Below the pieces are notes generated by a model. The model worked only from the letters and a program-made list of their open reading frames with translations. It made no database searches and was not told the origin of the DNA. Shown piece after piece: positions 1-11,043 of a DNA stretch of 64,000 nucleotides. This DNA is from an uncultured candidate division Zixibacteria bacterium (GTDB taxonomy: Bacteria; Zixibacteria; MSB-5A5; GN15; FEB-12). The DNA lies in assembly GCA_963735035.1 (NCBI GenBank), contig CAVTJJ010000004.1:896001-960000 (forward strand), in the 5' to 3' direction. The translations under genes were made by a program, and so were the position numbers. The stretch's first letter is position 1. Every line of letters begins with the position of its first letter.

Positions 1-1972
1 TGGACGAGCCGGGGTCCCCCTGGCGGCCGGAACGTCCGCGCAATTGGCGGTCGATACGGCGTGACTCATGTCGTTCAGTACCGATAATGTGCAGGCCACC
101 CTTGTCAACTACGCCGGTACCTAGTTTGATATCGGTACCGCGACCGGCCATGTTGGTGGCGATAGTCACTGCGCCGGGCTGCCCGGCCGACGCGACAATT
201 TCGGCTTCGCGCTGGTGCTGCTTGGCGTTCAGAACGTTGTGATTGATCCCCGTGCGCTTGAGCATGCGGGAGAGAGTCTCGGAGACTTCGACCGACACGG
301 TGCCGACCAGAACCGGCCGCCCCTCGTTGTGCATGGTCGTGATCTCTTCGATGATGGCATTGTACTTCTCGCGGCGGGTGCGATAGATTTCGTCGTCGAG
401 GTCCTCGCGTATCACTGTCACGTTGGTAGGGATGACGACACAGTCGAGCTTGTAGATATCCCAGAATTCACCCGCTTCGGTTTCCGCGGTGCCGGTCATG
501 CCGGCCAGTTTTTCATACATGCGGAAATAATTCTGCAGGGTGATCGTGGCGAGGGTCTGGCTCTCGGCCTCGATCCTGACACCTTCTTTGGCTTCAATCG
601 CCTGGTGAAGACCGTCGGAATACCGCCGTCCGGGAAGAATTCGGCCGGTAAATTCGTCGACAATCATCACCCGACCTTCCTGGATGACGTACTCGACGTC
701 CTTCTCATAGAGCGTGTAGGCACGCAGGAGCTGGTTGATGGCGTGAACTTTTTCGGAGCGCTCGGAGTGCAGGTGGTAGGCGTCCTCGGTCTTCTTCTGA
801 CGTTCCGTGTCGGACAACGACGTATCGCCGTCAATCTCAGACAACATCGTCGAGAGATCGGGAATTTCGAACAAGATCTGTTCGGACTTGGGAAGCTGGG
901 CGGTGCCGAGGTCGGTCAGGGCGATGGCGTGTTCGCGTTCGTCCATGAAGTAGTAGAGATGGTCATCGATCTCGTGCAGCTTCTTGTCGCGCATGTACGA
1001 CGATTCCACTTCGGTCTTCAATCGCTGCATGCCGGATTCTTTGAGGATCTTCAACAAGCGCTTGTTTTTCGGGGCGCCCCGGCTGACGGTGAGCATGAGG
1101 GTGCCCAGTTCGTACTCGTCTTCGGACTTTTGCGATTCCGCCAGTTGCTCCGCTTTGGTCAGCATTTCATTGATGAGGGCCATCTGTCGGCGGGCCAGTT
1201 CCGAAACGGTCGGCTTCATTTCCCGATACCGGTCATGAACGTTGGAGTGTTCGACCAGACCGGATATGATCAGCGGGGTACGGGCTTCGTCAATAAGGAT
1301 CGAGTCGACTTCATCGATGATGGCATAATTGTAACCGCGATGGACCCGGTCATCGGCCCGCTGGGCCATGTTGTCGCGCAGGTAGTCGAAACCGAACTCG
1401 TTGGCGGTGCCGAAAGTGACGTCGCACAAATACATGTCGCGACGCTCGGTGTTAGTCATCTGGTTCTGAATGACACCGACTGTCAGGCCGAGGTATTTGT
1501 AGATCTGGCCCATCCATTCGGAGTCGCGGAGAGCCAGGTAATCGTTGACCGTCACGACATGCACGCCCTTACCGGTCAGGGCGTTGAGGTAGGTAGCCAG
1601 GGTGGCGACCAGCGTTTTGCCTTCACCGGTGGCCATCTCAGCGATCTTGCCTTCGTGAAGCACCACGCCGCCGAGCAACTGGCAGTCGAAGTGGACCATG
1701 TTCCACTCGGTGGGAATGCCGGCCACTTTCCAGGACTGGCCGACATGACGGCGGCAGGCTTCTTTGACCACCGCGAACGCTTCGCACATGATGTCGTCAA
1801 CGGTCTCGCCGTCCTCTAACCTTTTGCGGAACTCAGTCGTCTTGGCCTTCAGCTCTTCTTCAGAAAGCTTGTACAGTTCGGCGAAGTGTTCGTTTATTTC
1901 AAGGCCAAACGGCGAAAGGCGTTTGACTTCGCGGTCATGTTTGGTACCGAAGATTTTTGTCAGCAGGCTCAT
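1..1972 (-). CDS. secA: Preprotein translocase ATPase SecA (5' part; gene runs off the window start)
   Basis: Manual minus-strand translation from ATG at 1972: [18 protein letters not shown]...[28 protein letters not shown]...[14 protein letters not shown], which are SecA motifs. Absent from the ORF track because there is no stop inside the window. Confidence 0.97.
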   Translation of the reverse strand, partial: MSLLTKIFGTKHDREVKRLSPFGLEINEHFAELYKLSEEELKAKTTEFRKRLEDGETVDDIMCEAFAVVKEACRRHVGQSWKVAGIPTEWNMVHFDCQLLGGVVLHEGKIAEMATGEGKTLVATLATYLNALTGKGVHVVTVNDYLALRDSEWMGQIYKYLGLTVGVIQNQMTNTERRDMYLCDVTFGTANEFGFDYLRDNMAQRADDRVHRGYNYAIIDEVDSILIDEARTPLIISGLVEHSNVHDRYREMKPTVSELARRQMALINEMLTKAEQLAESQKSEDEYELGTLMLTVSRGAPKNKRLLKILKESGMQRLKTEVESSYMRDKKLHEIDDHLYYFMDEREHAIALTDLGTAQLPKSEQILFEIPDLSTMLSEIDGDTSLSDTERQKKTEDAYHLHSERSEKVHAINQLLRAYTLYEKDVEYVIQEGRVMIVDEFTGRILPGRRYSDGLHQAIEAKEGVRIEAESQTLATITLQNYFRMYEKLAGMTGTAETEAGEFWDIYKLDCVVIPTNVTVIREDLDDEIYRTRREKYNAIIEEITTMHNEGRPVLVGTVSVEVSETLSRMLKRTGINHNVLNAKQHQREAEIVASAGQPGAVTIATNMAGRGTDIKLGTGVVDKGGLHIIGTERHESRRIDRQLRGRSGRQGDPGSS

Positions 1973-2104
1973 TCTTATCCCAATCCGTTATACAAGTCGG
2001 CCAAGGATACGAAAACAATTCCATTTAGGCAATTGGTGTGTAACCGAACGGTTCTCTCAGACTGGGGGCTTGTGGCTTGTCTGACAAATGGTTACCTTTA
2101 GGCT

Positions 2105-3010
2105 ATGGCGGAAACGTTTCCTGGCGTAGTAGTGGCTGGCAGAGGCAAGCGGTATGAGGTCCTGGCGGAGGATCACAGCCGGTGGCAATGTGAGGTGCGC
2201 CAGAAACTCAAACAGGGGGAAAGGCTCTCCAGTCCGGTGGCGGTCGGCGACGACGTACTGTTCACCAAGTCGCAGGAAGGTACCGGGGCTATCGACAAAG
2301 TCTTCCCCCGGCGCTCGGTTTTCTCCCGACCGCTCAAAGGTGACCAAAAGGTTCAGCAAGTCATCGCAGCGAATTTGGATCAACTGGCGGTGGTGGTTTC
2401 GGTGCGCAACCCGACGCTCAAGACAGGACTGGTTGATCGTTGTCTGGTTGCGGCGCAATATGGTCGGCTAAGCCCGTTGATTATCTTCAATAAGATTGAT
2501 CTTGGATCAGACGACGATTTTGACAGCATTGTCGCCGCCTACCGAGGTATCGGGCTGGCCGTGTTCGTAGTGTCGGCCACCACGAATATGGGGCTTGAGG
2601 TGCTTCCGGCCGCCCTGTCTGGTCACCGAACGCTGTTTACGGGTCACTCCGGGGTGGGTAAATCGGCGCTGTTGAATCAGTTGATTCCGGGTGCGGACAT
2701 CCGCACAGGTGAGGTCTCGGATTACTCCGACCGGGGCATACACACGACTTCAGGAGTCGAGTTCTACGATCTCCCGTTTGGCGGGTTCGCGGTCGATTCA
2801 CCCGGTCTGAAAGTTATGGGGCTGTGGGAAATCAACCGCGAAGACCTGGCGGCGTATTATCCTGATTTTGAGCCGTTCCTGGGAGATTGCCGCTTTCAGC
2901 CCTGCTCGCACTCCCACGAGCCCAATTGCGCGGTCAAGACCGCGGTGGAAGAAGGACGGATCGCACGCTTTCGCTACGACAACTATCTGGCGATCCGCGA
3001 GTCACTCTAA
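2105..3010 (+). CDS. rsgA: Ribosome small subunit-dependent GTPase A
   Basis: Circularly permuted GTPase motifs [19 protein letters not shown] and C-terminal Zn site [14 protein letters not shown]. Confidence 0.96.
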   Translation: MAETFPGVVVAGRGKRYEVLAEDHSRWQCEVRQKLKQGERLSSPVAVGDDVLFTKSQEGTGAIDKVFPRRSVFSRPLKGDQKVQQVIAANLDQLAVVVSVRNPTLKTGLVDRCLVAAQYGRLSPLIIFNKIDLGSDDDFDSIVAAYRGIGLAVFVVSATTNMGLEVLPAALSGHRTLFTGHSGVGKSALLNQLIPGADIRTGEVSDYSDRGIHTTSGVEFYDLPFGGFAVDSPGLKVMGLWEINREDLAAYYPDFEPFLGDCRFQPCSHSHEPNCAVKTAVEEGRIARFRYDNYLAIRESL

Positions 3011-3118
3011 GCGGCGAAAAGGTCAGGAGAACGCCCGGACCGCCGATAATCAGAGCATTGGGGAAACCCGGGTCGTCGAACGACTGTTGTGACTAACTGA
3101 AACCGGAGCACTGTTCGC

Positions 3119-5287
3119 ATGGCACGATTCAAACTCGCCTTTGGCATACACAACCACCAGCCGGTGGGGAATTTTTCCGCGGTCTTCGAAGAAGCGCACC
3201 AGAAATCATATCTGCCCTTCTTGAAACTGATGTCCGAGCACCCGTCGATCCGGTTCTCGCTGCATCAGTCCGGCATTCTCTGGGACTGGCAGAAGGCGGC
3301 CCACTCCGATTATTTCCAACTGGTCGGGTCGCTGGTCGACCGGGGCCAGGTCGAATTGATGACCGGCGGGTTTTACGAACCGATCCTGACTTCGATTCCC
3401 GAACGCGACGCGCTGGGGCAGATCGCGAAATTGACAACTTATCTTGCATCCCATTTCGGAGCCCGGCCCGCCGGTCTATGGCTGACCGAACGAATCTGGG
3501 AGCCGCATCTACCCAAGCTGCTCGCCGAGGCGGGAGTGCGGTACCTTCCGGTTGACGACACCCATTTCATCTACGCCGGGTTTGAGCAGTCACAACTCAC
3601 CGGGCCGTTTGTAACCGAAAATGAAGGCCGAGCCGTAATTCTGTTGCCGATTCAGAAACGCCTGAGGTATCTCATCCCGTTCGGGACCGTGGAAAATGTA
3701 ATCGCGGAACTTCGTCAGCAGGCGGAGCGTAATCCGGACGGTCTCGCGGTCTATGCCGATGATGGCGAAAAATTCGGCGTCTGGCCCAAGACCTATGAAC
3801 ACTGCTATCGGGACGGCTGGCTGCACCGGTTCATGGAAGCGCTCGAACGCGAATCGAGCTGGCTCGAGGTCGTGCCGTTGGGCGAAGCGGCCGCGTTCGA
3901 ACCGGCGGGGAGAGCTTATCTGCCGACTGCTTCTTACGAAGAAATGCTCCATTGGGCGCTGCCGCCGACCGCGTTTCTCGAATACGAAAATTTCGTGCAC
4001 TGGCTGGATGACTGTGGGAAGAAGACTCAGTACGGGCGGTTTGTCCGGGGCGGTCACTGGCGCGGTTTCCTGGCGAAATACGAAGAATCCAACCTGATGC
4101 ACAAGAAGATGCTTCGAGTGTCCGACCGTCTGGCCGCACTCGAAACAGGATCCAAAGCCGGAAGAGCCGATCTGTCAGCCATTCGTGAGCACTTGTATGC
4201 GTCGCAGTGCAACTGTCCCTACTGGCATGGTGTTTTCGGCGGCCTGTATCTCCCACACATTCGTCAGGGTGTCTATGGTCACATGGTCCAGGCTTCCAAG
4301 GCTCTGCAGGTGGTGACTGGCGAACCGGCGACCATCCGACAGGAAGATTACGACCGCGATGGCCATGATGAACTACTGTTTGACAGTCACTCACTCAGCG
4401 CGGTCATTCGTCCGCGTCGAGGTGGATCTCTGGTGGAACTCTGCCTGAATGAACTCGGCCTCAATGTCACCGACACGCTCACTCGGCGCCGCGAAGGGTA
4501 CCACCTCAAACTGGATCAGGCGGTGCGTTCAGAACAGGCCAACGGCCAGGCCTCGATTCACGATCTGGTACTCGCCAAGGAAGACGGTTTGAAGCAGTAC
4601 CTGGTCGAAGACTGGTATCTGAAGCGCTGCTTTATTGACCACTTCTTGACTGAGGACACCGATTTTGCACTGTTCCGCACGGGCACTTTTGGCGAAGAAG
4701 GGGATTTCGTACTCGAACCGTACGAGTTCAAGTTCGATCCGCGACGTCTTCGCATTTCTTTGCGCCGGGACGGTTGCATCAGACGGCCAGCCGGTGAGAT
4801 TCCCGTTACGGTGTCAAAAGAGTTCCGTTTCCGAGAAGACGCCGACACGTTCGAGGTGGCCTATGAGCTGTCATCGCGGCACCCGGGCGGCATCGACGTC
4901 CGCTTTGCAGTCGAGAACAGTTTCAATTTTCAAGCGGGTCATGCCGAAGACCGGTACGTTGTTATCGACGGTCGGAAACCGGCCGAGGCGTTCTTGGATT
5001 CGTCGGGAACGACTAATAAGGCTCACACGATCGCTCTGGCGGATGAATACCGCTCGGCGGCGGTAGCGATTTCTTCCGAACTGCCCGCCGAACTGTGGCG
5101 GACCCCGATATTCACGGTTTCACTCTCTGAAGGCGGTTTCGAAAAGGTCTATCAGGGCACGACCGTGGTGCATCGCTATCAGTTGCGGCTGACCGAAAAG
5201 CCGATCCGTCTGGTCATGACGGTTCGTGGCGGGGCTTTGTCGCAGGTACTACAGCAGGCTGTAGCGGCTGTGGGCACAATGAGTTGA
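3119..5287 (+). CDS. GH57 alpha-amylase / 4-alpha-glucanotransferase
   Basis: HNHQPVGN, GGFYEPIL, WLTERIWEP, DDGEKFGVWP and SQCNCPYWHGVFGGLY motifs of GH57 enzymes with the C-terminal DUF1925/DUF1926-type region. Confidence 0.92.
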   Translation: MARFKLAFGIHNHQPVGNFSAVFEEAHQKSYLPFLKLMSEHPSIRFSLHQSGILWDWQKAAHSDYFQLVGSLVDRGQVELMTGGFYEPILTSIPERDALGQIAKLTTYLASHFGARPAGLWLTERIWEPHLPKLLAEAGVRYLPVDDTHFIYAGFEQSQLTGPFVTENEGRAVILLPIQKRLRYLIPFGTVENVIAELRQQAERNPDGLAVYADDGEKFGVWPKTYEHCYRDGWLHRFMEALERESSWLEVVPLGEAAAFEPAGRAYLPTASYEEMLHWALPPTAFLEYENFVHWLDDCGKKTQYGRFVRGGHWRGFLAKYEESNLMHKKMLRVSDRLAALETGSKAGRADLSAIREHLYASQCNCPYWHGVFGGLYLPHIRQGVYGHMVQASKALQVVTGEPATIRQEDYDRDGHDELLFDSHSLSAVIRPRRGGSLVELCLNELGLNVTDTLTRRREGYHLKLDQAVRSEQANGQASIHDLVLAKEDGLKQYLVEDWYLKRCFIDHFLTEDTDFALFRTGTFGEEGDFVLEPYEFKFDPRRLRISLRRDGCIRRPAGEIPVTVSKEFRFREDADTFEVAYELSSRHPGGIDVRFAVENSFNFQAGHAEDRYVVIDGRKPAEAFLDSSGTTNKAHTIALADEYRSAAVAISSELPAELWRTPIFTVSLSEGGFEKVYQGTTVVHRYQLRLTEKPIRLVMTVRGGALSQVLQQAVAAVGTMS

Positions 5288-5361
5288 CAAGTTCGGGGTC
5301 TTCTGCGCTGTCCCGGAATTGATGTTGGAATTTGGGGAGTCCCGCGATATCTTGTCGGGCG

Positions 5362-6189
5362 ATGCTCGATCAGGTCGTTGAAATCATACAGAAATCCACG
5401 TCAGTGGCGGTCCTGACCGGGGCAGGCATCTCAGCCGAGTCCGGAGTCCCAACTTTTCGGGGCGACCAGGGACTTTGGAAGAAGTACCGCCCCGAGCAAC
5501 TGGCCACCATGGAAGCGTTTCGGGCCACTCCTGAGACTGTCTGGGAATGGTATCTCTGGCGGCGCGGGGTTATATCCAAGACCAAACCCAACCCCGGCCA
5601 CTATGCTCTCAGAGACCTGGCCGAACTGGTGGACGATTTTACTCTCATCACGCAAAATGTTGATAACCTGCATCGTCTGGCCGGATCGACCCGTATTCTG
5701 GAACTCCACGGCAATATCTTCCGCAACAAGTGCGTTGACTGCAACCGTCCTATGGCAAGCGACTTGGTCATCACACCCAACACCTTGCCGACCTGTTCCG
5801 CCTGCGGTGGGCGAGTTCGACCCGATGTCGTCTGGTTTGGAGAGGGTCTGCCGGTCGAGGTGATTGAAGAGGCGTACTCGGTATCGGAACGGGCTGAGGT
5901 GTTCTTCTCAATAGGGACTTCGACCGTGGTACATCCAGCCGCTTCGTTGCCGCTAATGGCCAAGCGCGGGGGGGCCACGCTGATCGAAATCAACCCGGAA
6001 CGAACTCCCCTGAGTAAATATTGCGACTTCTCCTTTCGGTCGAATTCCGGTGACATTCTTCCCAAGTTGACGGCTCAACTCAGGACCGCCCTAAGTGACC
6101 GGGGCAGTGAAAGAACCTGTCGGGGAGCGGTGAACGCCCGACCCCGCTCAGACGTACAAGAGTCACGGAATGACGGAAAGCGGCTCTGA
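5362..6189 (+). CDS. cobB: NAD-dependent protein deacylase (class III sirtuin)
   Basis: GAGISAESGVPTFRG, TQNVDNLH, ELHG, CxxC..CxxC, RPDVVWFGE and the YxxR motif. Start taken at ATG 5362. Confidence 0.93.
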   Translation: MLDQVVEIIQKSTSVAVLTGAGISAESGVPTFRGDQGLWKKYRPEQLATMEAFRATPETVWEWYLWRRGVISKTKPNPGHYALRDLAELVDDFTLITQNVDNLHRLAGSTRILELHGNIFRNKCVDCNRPMASDLVITPNTLPTCSACGGRVRPDVVWFGEGLPVEVIEEAYSVSERAEVFFSIGTSTVVHPAASLPLMAKRGGATLIEINPERTPLSKYCDFSFRSNSGDILPKLTAQLRTALSDRGSERTCRGAVNARPRSDVQESRNDGKRL

Positions 6190-6192
6190 TAC

Positions 6193-8346
6193 ATGAACCT
6201 AAGAATCGGCCACAAATTTCTCTGGATCCTCTTGATTGCCACGGTGGCGGTCGCCTCCGGGTGCAGCGTATACTTCAACACGTTCTTCAATGCCAAGAAG
6301 GCGTTCAATGCCGCGGAGAAAGCCCGCAAAGCCAGTGCGCGGCAGGAAGCCGGACAAAACGACTATCAGAAGGCGATTGAAAAAGCGCTCAAGGTTGTCG
6401 AAAACCATCCCAACTCTAAATATTACGACGATGCCGTCTACGTGCTGGGAGTGTCGTACTTTCATACCAAGCAGTACGGCAAGGCGGAACGACGTTTCCG
6501 CGAACTACTGGCCAACTTCCCCGATTCGAAGTACACGAAAGATGCCAATCTATACCTGGCCAAATCGAAACTCGCGCTGGGAGATATGGACGAAGCCCTG
6601 GCGACTTTCGCCCAGATATTCGAATCAAACTCTACGAAGGAATTCAAGGCCGAGGCGGCGCTGGCCCTCGGGGCGCACCATCAGGAGCTTAAGGAATACG
6701 ATCAGGCCAGGCGTTATTTCCAGGCTCTGCGCGACTCGCTGGGGGATCCGTTGACCGCCCGTAATGCGCAAATGATGATTGCCGACGGGTATTTCGAGTC
6801 GTTCAAGTTCTTTGACGCCCGGGGCGCTTACCTTCAGGCCATCGGCATGAACCCGGACAAGAAAGAAAAGTATCATGCCCTTTTCTACTCGGCCCTGTGT
6901 TCATTTCGGCTTCAGGCTATCGATGTCGGACTTGGGTATCTCGACCAGCTTGCCGGCGACGAATTGTACTTCGACTCTCTGGGCGTGCTGAAATTGACCA
7001 AGGCCGAAGGGTACGAATACGACGACGACTTGCTGTCGGCGGAGGCGATGTACGAGGATGTCGCTACCACGAGCGAGGACAAGTCCCTGCAGGCCCGCGC
7101 CCTTTATCGACTCGGTTTGATCTACCAAATTGACTACAATGATCTCAAGAAAGCCAAAGAATATTACGACAAGTCAGTCGAGGTGGACCGGAATTCACCG
7201 GTGCGCAGCGATGCCATCATGCGTTCGTCCGATATCGGCAAAATTGAATCTTTCACTCGTACGACGCTGGATTCTACTGCCACACCCGCCGCGATCGATG
7301 AGGCGGCGTATGCCCAGTACCTACTGGCTGAACTCTTCTGGCAGAAATTGAATCAACCCGACTCGGCCATAGCCGAAATGCGATATCTGGTGGATTCATT
7401 CTCAACGTCCTATTATGCGCCGCAGGCCCTGGTGGCCCTGGCTCAGATGACTCGCGACAAGACCGGCGATAACAACGTTCCCGATAGCCTATTGAGGGCT
7501 ATGCTTCAGAAGTATCCCCATTCGGATTTCGTGCCCGACGCCCTCGAGGCGCTTGGTCTGAAAGGAACCGCCGCCGATACCGGATACGCGGCGCTGTGGA
7601 TCAATCGCGCGGAGAATTATCTGATCGACAACAAGAACGCCGATTCAGCGATGGCCTGCTACCAGTACGTGGTAGACAACTACCCGGACTCAAGATACAA
7701 CGTATCATCCCGCTTCGCGTTCATCTGGCTCAAAGACAATTATCGAGCCCCCGGCGACTCAAGCATCTACTACGAATACAAGCAATTTGTCGATTCATTC
7801 CCCGGCAACGAATGGGCCGCTCTGGCTCAGAGACAAATTTCGGTGAAGGGAGAGGCGCCGCCGGTAGCAGTGGCTGTCCCGGAGGGACAAGTCGAGGGAG
7901 AGGGGACGATTGACGAGCGCGAGGCTGCACGAGACAGCACGCGGGGGCCGGATGTGCCCGACACCGCCCAGACCTACATCGATCCGATGGTGGCGCTCTA
8001 CCGCCGGGGCAACGACACCCTGGTCGAGTTGCGCCTTCAACCCATTGAGACGCAGGCAATCTTCGAGTTCCCCCAGGAGGCGGCCATCGGTTCCCAGCAC
8101 GATTGGAAGCTGTATTTCCAATTGCTCATTGATTTCTCGGGCAAAGTAGTGGATTATTCGCTGAAGATTCCGTCGGGTATCGAGGAACTCGACAAGCGGG
8201 TCAGCGAGACGGTGGCTTCGATGACTTTTGACGCCATGGAAGTATCAAACCGGGTTGTCGATGCTGGGCAGACGGAAAAGAAGACCGAAGAAGGATACTG
8301 GTTTGTCTATATGTATGCCGTGACGAAACCGGAATACCTGCGATGA
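6193..8346 (+). CDS. Tetratricopeptide-repeat lipoprotein
   Basis: Lipobox-like VASGC after a hydrophobic stretch; many TPR-like units (e.g. YYDDAVYVLGVSYF, ALYRLGLIY); C-terminus weakly resembles a TonB C-terminal domain. Confidence 0.8.
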   Translation: MNLRIGHKFLWILLIATVAVASGCSVYFNTFFNAKKAFNAAEKARKASARQEAGQNDYQKAIEKALKVVENHPNSKYYDDAVYVLGVSYFHTKQYGKAERRFRELLANFPDSKYTKDANLYLAKSKLALGDMDEALATFAQIFESNSTKEFKAEAALALGAHHQELKEYDQARRYFQALRDSLGDPLTARNAQMMIADGYFESFKFFDARGAYLQAIGMNPDKKEKYHALFYSALCSFRLQAIDVGLGYLDQLAGDELYFDSLGVLKLTKAEGYEYDDDLLSAEAMYEDVATTSEDKSLQARALYRLGLIYQIDYNDLKKAKEYYDKSVEVDRNSPVRSDAIMRSSDIGKIESFTRTTLDSTATPAAIDEAAYAQYLLAELFWQKLNQPDSAIAEMRYLVDSFSTSYYAPQALVALAQMTRDKTGDNNVPDSLLRAMLQKYPHSDFVPDALEALGLKGTAADTGYAALWINRAENYLIDNKNADSAMACYQYVVDNYPDSRYNVSSRFAFIWLKDNYRAPGDSSIYYEYKQFVDSFPGNEWAALAQRQISVKGEAPPVAVAVPEGQVEGEGTIDEREAARDSTRGPDVPDTAQTYIDPMVALYRRGNDTLVELRLQPIETQAIFEFPQEAAIGSQHDWKLYFQLLIDFSGKVVDYSLKIPSGIEELDKRVSETVASMTFDAMEVSNRVVDAGQTEKKTEEGYWFVYMYAVTKPEYLR

Positions 8347-9137
8347 AGAAATACGATTCCACGGTTGTTGAAATTCTCCGGCTGCGTCATCTGTCTCGCG
8401 ACTATTATTCTCTTAAGCTTGGTCCCTGGGATCGCTCGGCCAAGTGTCAGCCCGGGCAGTTTATCCACGTGCGGCTGTCAGGTACTGAAGTTTATCTACG
8501 CCGGGCCATGTCGATAGCCGCCGTCGATCCTGATTCAGGCGAAATAGAAATCATATTCAAAGTCTTCGGTCGGGGTACCCGGCTTCTCTCACAATGTCAT
8601 TCGGGCGACAAACTGGATGTGCTAGGACCTCTTGGTGTGCCGTTCAGTATGCCACGCAAGAACGACACCTGCATAATGGTCGGGGGTGGGGTCGGTTTCC
8701 CACCGCTATATTTTCTGGCTACTCGTCTAGTGGCCGATGGCCGTGACCCGAAGTCCATAGAGTTCTTTTACGGTGGTCGCACCGATGGTGAGATAGTCGA
8801 GCGACCCCGAATACGTCGCCTGGGCGTGCGTTTTCACCCGGTTACGGACGACGGTACCTTTGGCGCCAAAGGTCTTGTGACCGAGGTGGTTGACGATTTC
8901 CTAAAATCCGGCAAGGTGAAGAATCCCCGCATTTATGCCTGTGGACCCGAGGCGATGTTGAAAGCGACCGACGAACTGGCTCTACGCCACGGGGTCCCCG
9001 GCCAGGTATCGCTCGAAGCGCCTATGCCGTGTGGTTACGGCGTCTGTCTTGGCTGCGTGGTACCGCTCAGGGCTGGAGGCCACGCCCGTGTGTGTAGAGA
9101 AGGTCCCGTATTTGAGATTGGGGAGGTGCTGTTGTGA
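8343..9137 (+). CDS. pyrK: Dihydroorotate dehydrogenase electron transfer subunit
   Basis: PGQF, RRAMSI, GGGVGFPP, ACGP and the [2Fe-2S] motif CGYGVCLGC...C; directly upstream of pyrD. Confidence 0.94.
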   Translation: MKKYDSTVVEILRLRHLSRDYYSLKLGPWDRSAKCQPGQFIHVRLSGTEVYLRRAMSIAAVDPDSGEIEIIFKVFGRGTRLLSQCHSGDKLDVLGPLGVPFSMPRKNDTCIMVGGGVGFPPLYFLATRLVADGRDPKSIEFFYGGRTDGEIVERPRIRRLGVRFHPVTDDGTFGAKGLVTEVVDDFLKSGKVKNPRIYACGPEAMLKATDELALRHGVPGQVSLEAPMPCGYGVCLGCVVPLRAGGHARVCREGPVFEIGEVLL

Positions 9138-10051
9138 AACCCGATCTCTCGGTCACGATCGCCGGGATAACATTTGCCAACCCGATCATGACCGCCTCGG
9201 GCTGTTGCGGCTACGGCGAAGAACTGGCCGAGGTGTTTCCGCTTTCTCGTCTGGGCGCTCTGGTTACTAAGTCAGTGACGCTCAATCCCCGGCTTGGCCA
9301 CCCACCGCCACGCACCGCCGAAACCGCTTCGGGCATGCTCAACGCCATCGGTCTGGCCAATGTCGGTATAGACAAATTCATTTCCGACAAACTGCCGTTT
9401 CTCGAAAAGCAGAAGACCCGGGTGATTGTCAATGTCGCCGGTTCCTCGGCGTCGGAATATATCGAAGTTTGCAGCCGCCTTAACGATTGCCCCCGGGTGG
9501 ACATGATCGAGTTGAACATCTCCTGTCCGAATGTCAGCGAAGGTGGCATCGAGATTGGCACGAATCCGGCAATGACCGAACGGATAATGGCCGATGTCCG
9601 CAAAGTGTTCAGTCGCCCGATTATCGCCAAACTGACACCCAACGTCACCGACATCACGGCAATCGCCAAAGCCGCCGAGGCGGGCGGGGCCGATGCTTTG
9701 TCGCTCATCAACACGTTGATTGGCACTTCGATCGATATCCACACCTGGCGCCCCCGACTTACCAATAATCGCGGGGGATTGTCCGGCCCGGCGATTAAAC
9801 CGGTGGCGCTGGCCATGGTGGATCGCGTATATAATTGCACCAGGCTCCCGCTGATCGGCATCGGCGGAATATCCAGCGCTGCCGACGTGGTGGAGTTCAT
9901 GCTCGTGGGAGCGACGGCGGTACAGATCGGTACGGCGCTGTTCGTTCAGCCCGACGCCCCGGTCAGAATCGCCGAAGATCTTAAGGCTTACTTGAGCCAG
10001 AAGAAATTGACTTCGGTAAGCGAACTGGTTGGCAAAGTTAGGAAGTACTAA
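9134..10051 (+). CDS. pyrD: Dihydroorotate dehydrogenase (class 1B) catalytic subunit
   Basis: NPIMTASG, MLNAIGLAN, ELNISCPN, KLTPN, GGLSGPAIKP; GTGA overlap with pyrK. Confidence 0.96.
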   Translation: MKPDLSVTIAGITFANPIMTASGCCGYGEELAEVFPLSRLGALVTKSVTLNPRLGHPPPRTAETASGMLNAIGLANVGIDKFISDKLPFLEKQKTRVIVNVAGSSASEYIEVCSRLNDCPRVDMIELNISCPNVSEGGIEIGTNPAMTERIMADVRKVFSRPIIAKLTPNVTDITAIAKAAEAGGADALSLINTLIGTSIDIHTWRPRLTNNRGGLSGPAIKPVALAMVDRVYNCTRLPLIGIGGISSAADVVEFMLVGATAVQIGTALFVQPDAPVRIAEDLKAYLSQKKLTSVSELVGKVRKY

Positions 10052-11007
10052 TGATTGCACTTGAGAAATTACTGAAAGCCCAGCAGACTAGCCATTCCTA
10101 CGTCTGTCTGGGACTCGACCTCGATCCTAAGAAGATGCCGCAGGAATTCGGCGGCACCGTACGCGGGATGTTCGATTTCACGCGCCGCATCATAGAGGCC
10201 ACGGCCGATCAGGTTTGTGCTTACAAACCGAACCTGGCGTTCTTCGAGAGCCTCGGACCCGAGGGCTGGTCGCTCCTGTCACAAGTGTTGCAGCGGATTC
10301 CCGAACGGGTACCGATCATCCTTGACGGCAAGCGCAACGATATCGGCAATACGGCGACACAGTATGCGTCGGCTTTATACGACCGCTACGGTGCCGACTG
10401 GGTTACGATCAACCCCTACATGGGGTACGATTCCATGAAACCGTTCATGGATCGTCGCGACAAAGGCGTATTTGTCCTCTGTCTGACTTCGAACGCCGGA
10501 GCGCGGGATTTCCAGATGCTCGAAGTCGAGGGGCGCCCTCTTTACCAGGTCGTTGCCGACCGTGTGAAATACTGGAATAAAGATGGCAACTGCGGTTTAG
10601 TCGTCGGTGCCACTCATATCGAACAATTGAAAGAGGTTCGCGAAATCGCCGGAGAGATGCCGCTTCTGATACCCGGCGTTGGGGCGCAGGGAGGATCGCT
10701 CGAAGATTCGATTACGGTCGGAACGGACGCTTTCCGCAAACCGGCGGTGATCAATGTTTCCCGTTCGGTTCTGTACGCCTCCAGCGCGGCTGATTTCGAT
10801 CAACGCGCCCGTCAGGAAGTAGTCCGCCTGAATGCTACCGTGACCCGGCTTCGATACGGTGACAAGTCATCGGAATCGAAAGGCGAGGTCTCGGCAGCAC
10901 CTCCGCCAGCGCCGGTGACTTCGCAGGAGAACCAAAACGGTGGGAATGGAACGGCCGAACCCGCCCGACCGCCCGAGGTTATACGACCGTTGCCGGTTGA
11001 CGATTGA
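10051..11007 (+). CDS. pyrF: Orotidine-5'-phosphate decarboxylase (with a Pro-rich C-terminal tail)
   Basis: CLGLD, KPNLAFFE, DGKRNDIGNT, VVGAT, PGVGAQGG; TAATG overlap with pyrD. Confidence 0.95.
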   Translation: MIALEKLLKAQQTSHSYVCLGLDLDPKKMPQEFGGTVRGMFDFTRRIIEATADQVCAYKPNLAFFESLGPEGWSLLSQVLQRIPERVPIILDGKRNDIGNTATQYASALYDRYGADWVTINPYMGYDSMKPFMDRRDKGVFVLCLTSNAGARDFQMLEVEGRPLYQVVADRVKYWNKDGNCGLVVGATHIEQLKEVREIAGEMPLLIPGVGAQGGSLEDSITVGTDAFRKPAVINVSRSVLYASSAADFDQRARQEVVRLNATVTRLRYGDKSSESKGEVSAAPPPAPVTSQENQNGGNGTAEPARPPEVIRPLPVDD

Positions 11008-11043
11008 CGGCTCGTCGGCTCCAGCGCCTAACGATTCCGCCAA

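Noticed and set aside
215..1819. 534-aa plus-strand ORF
   Set aside because: Antisense shadow of secA, which has clear motifs on the minus strand.
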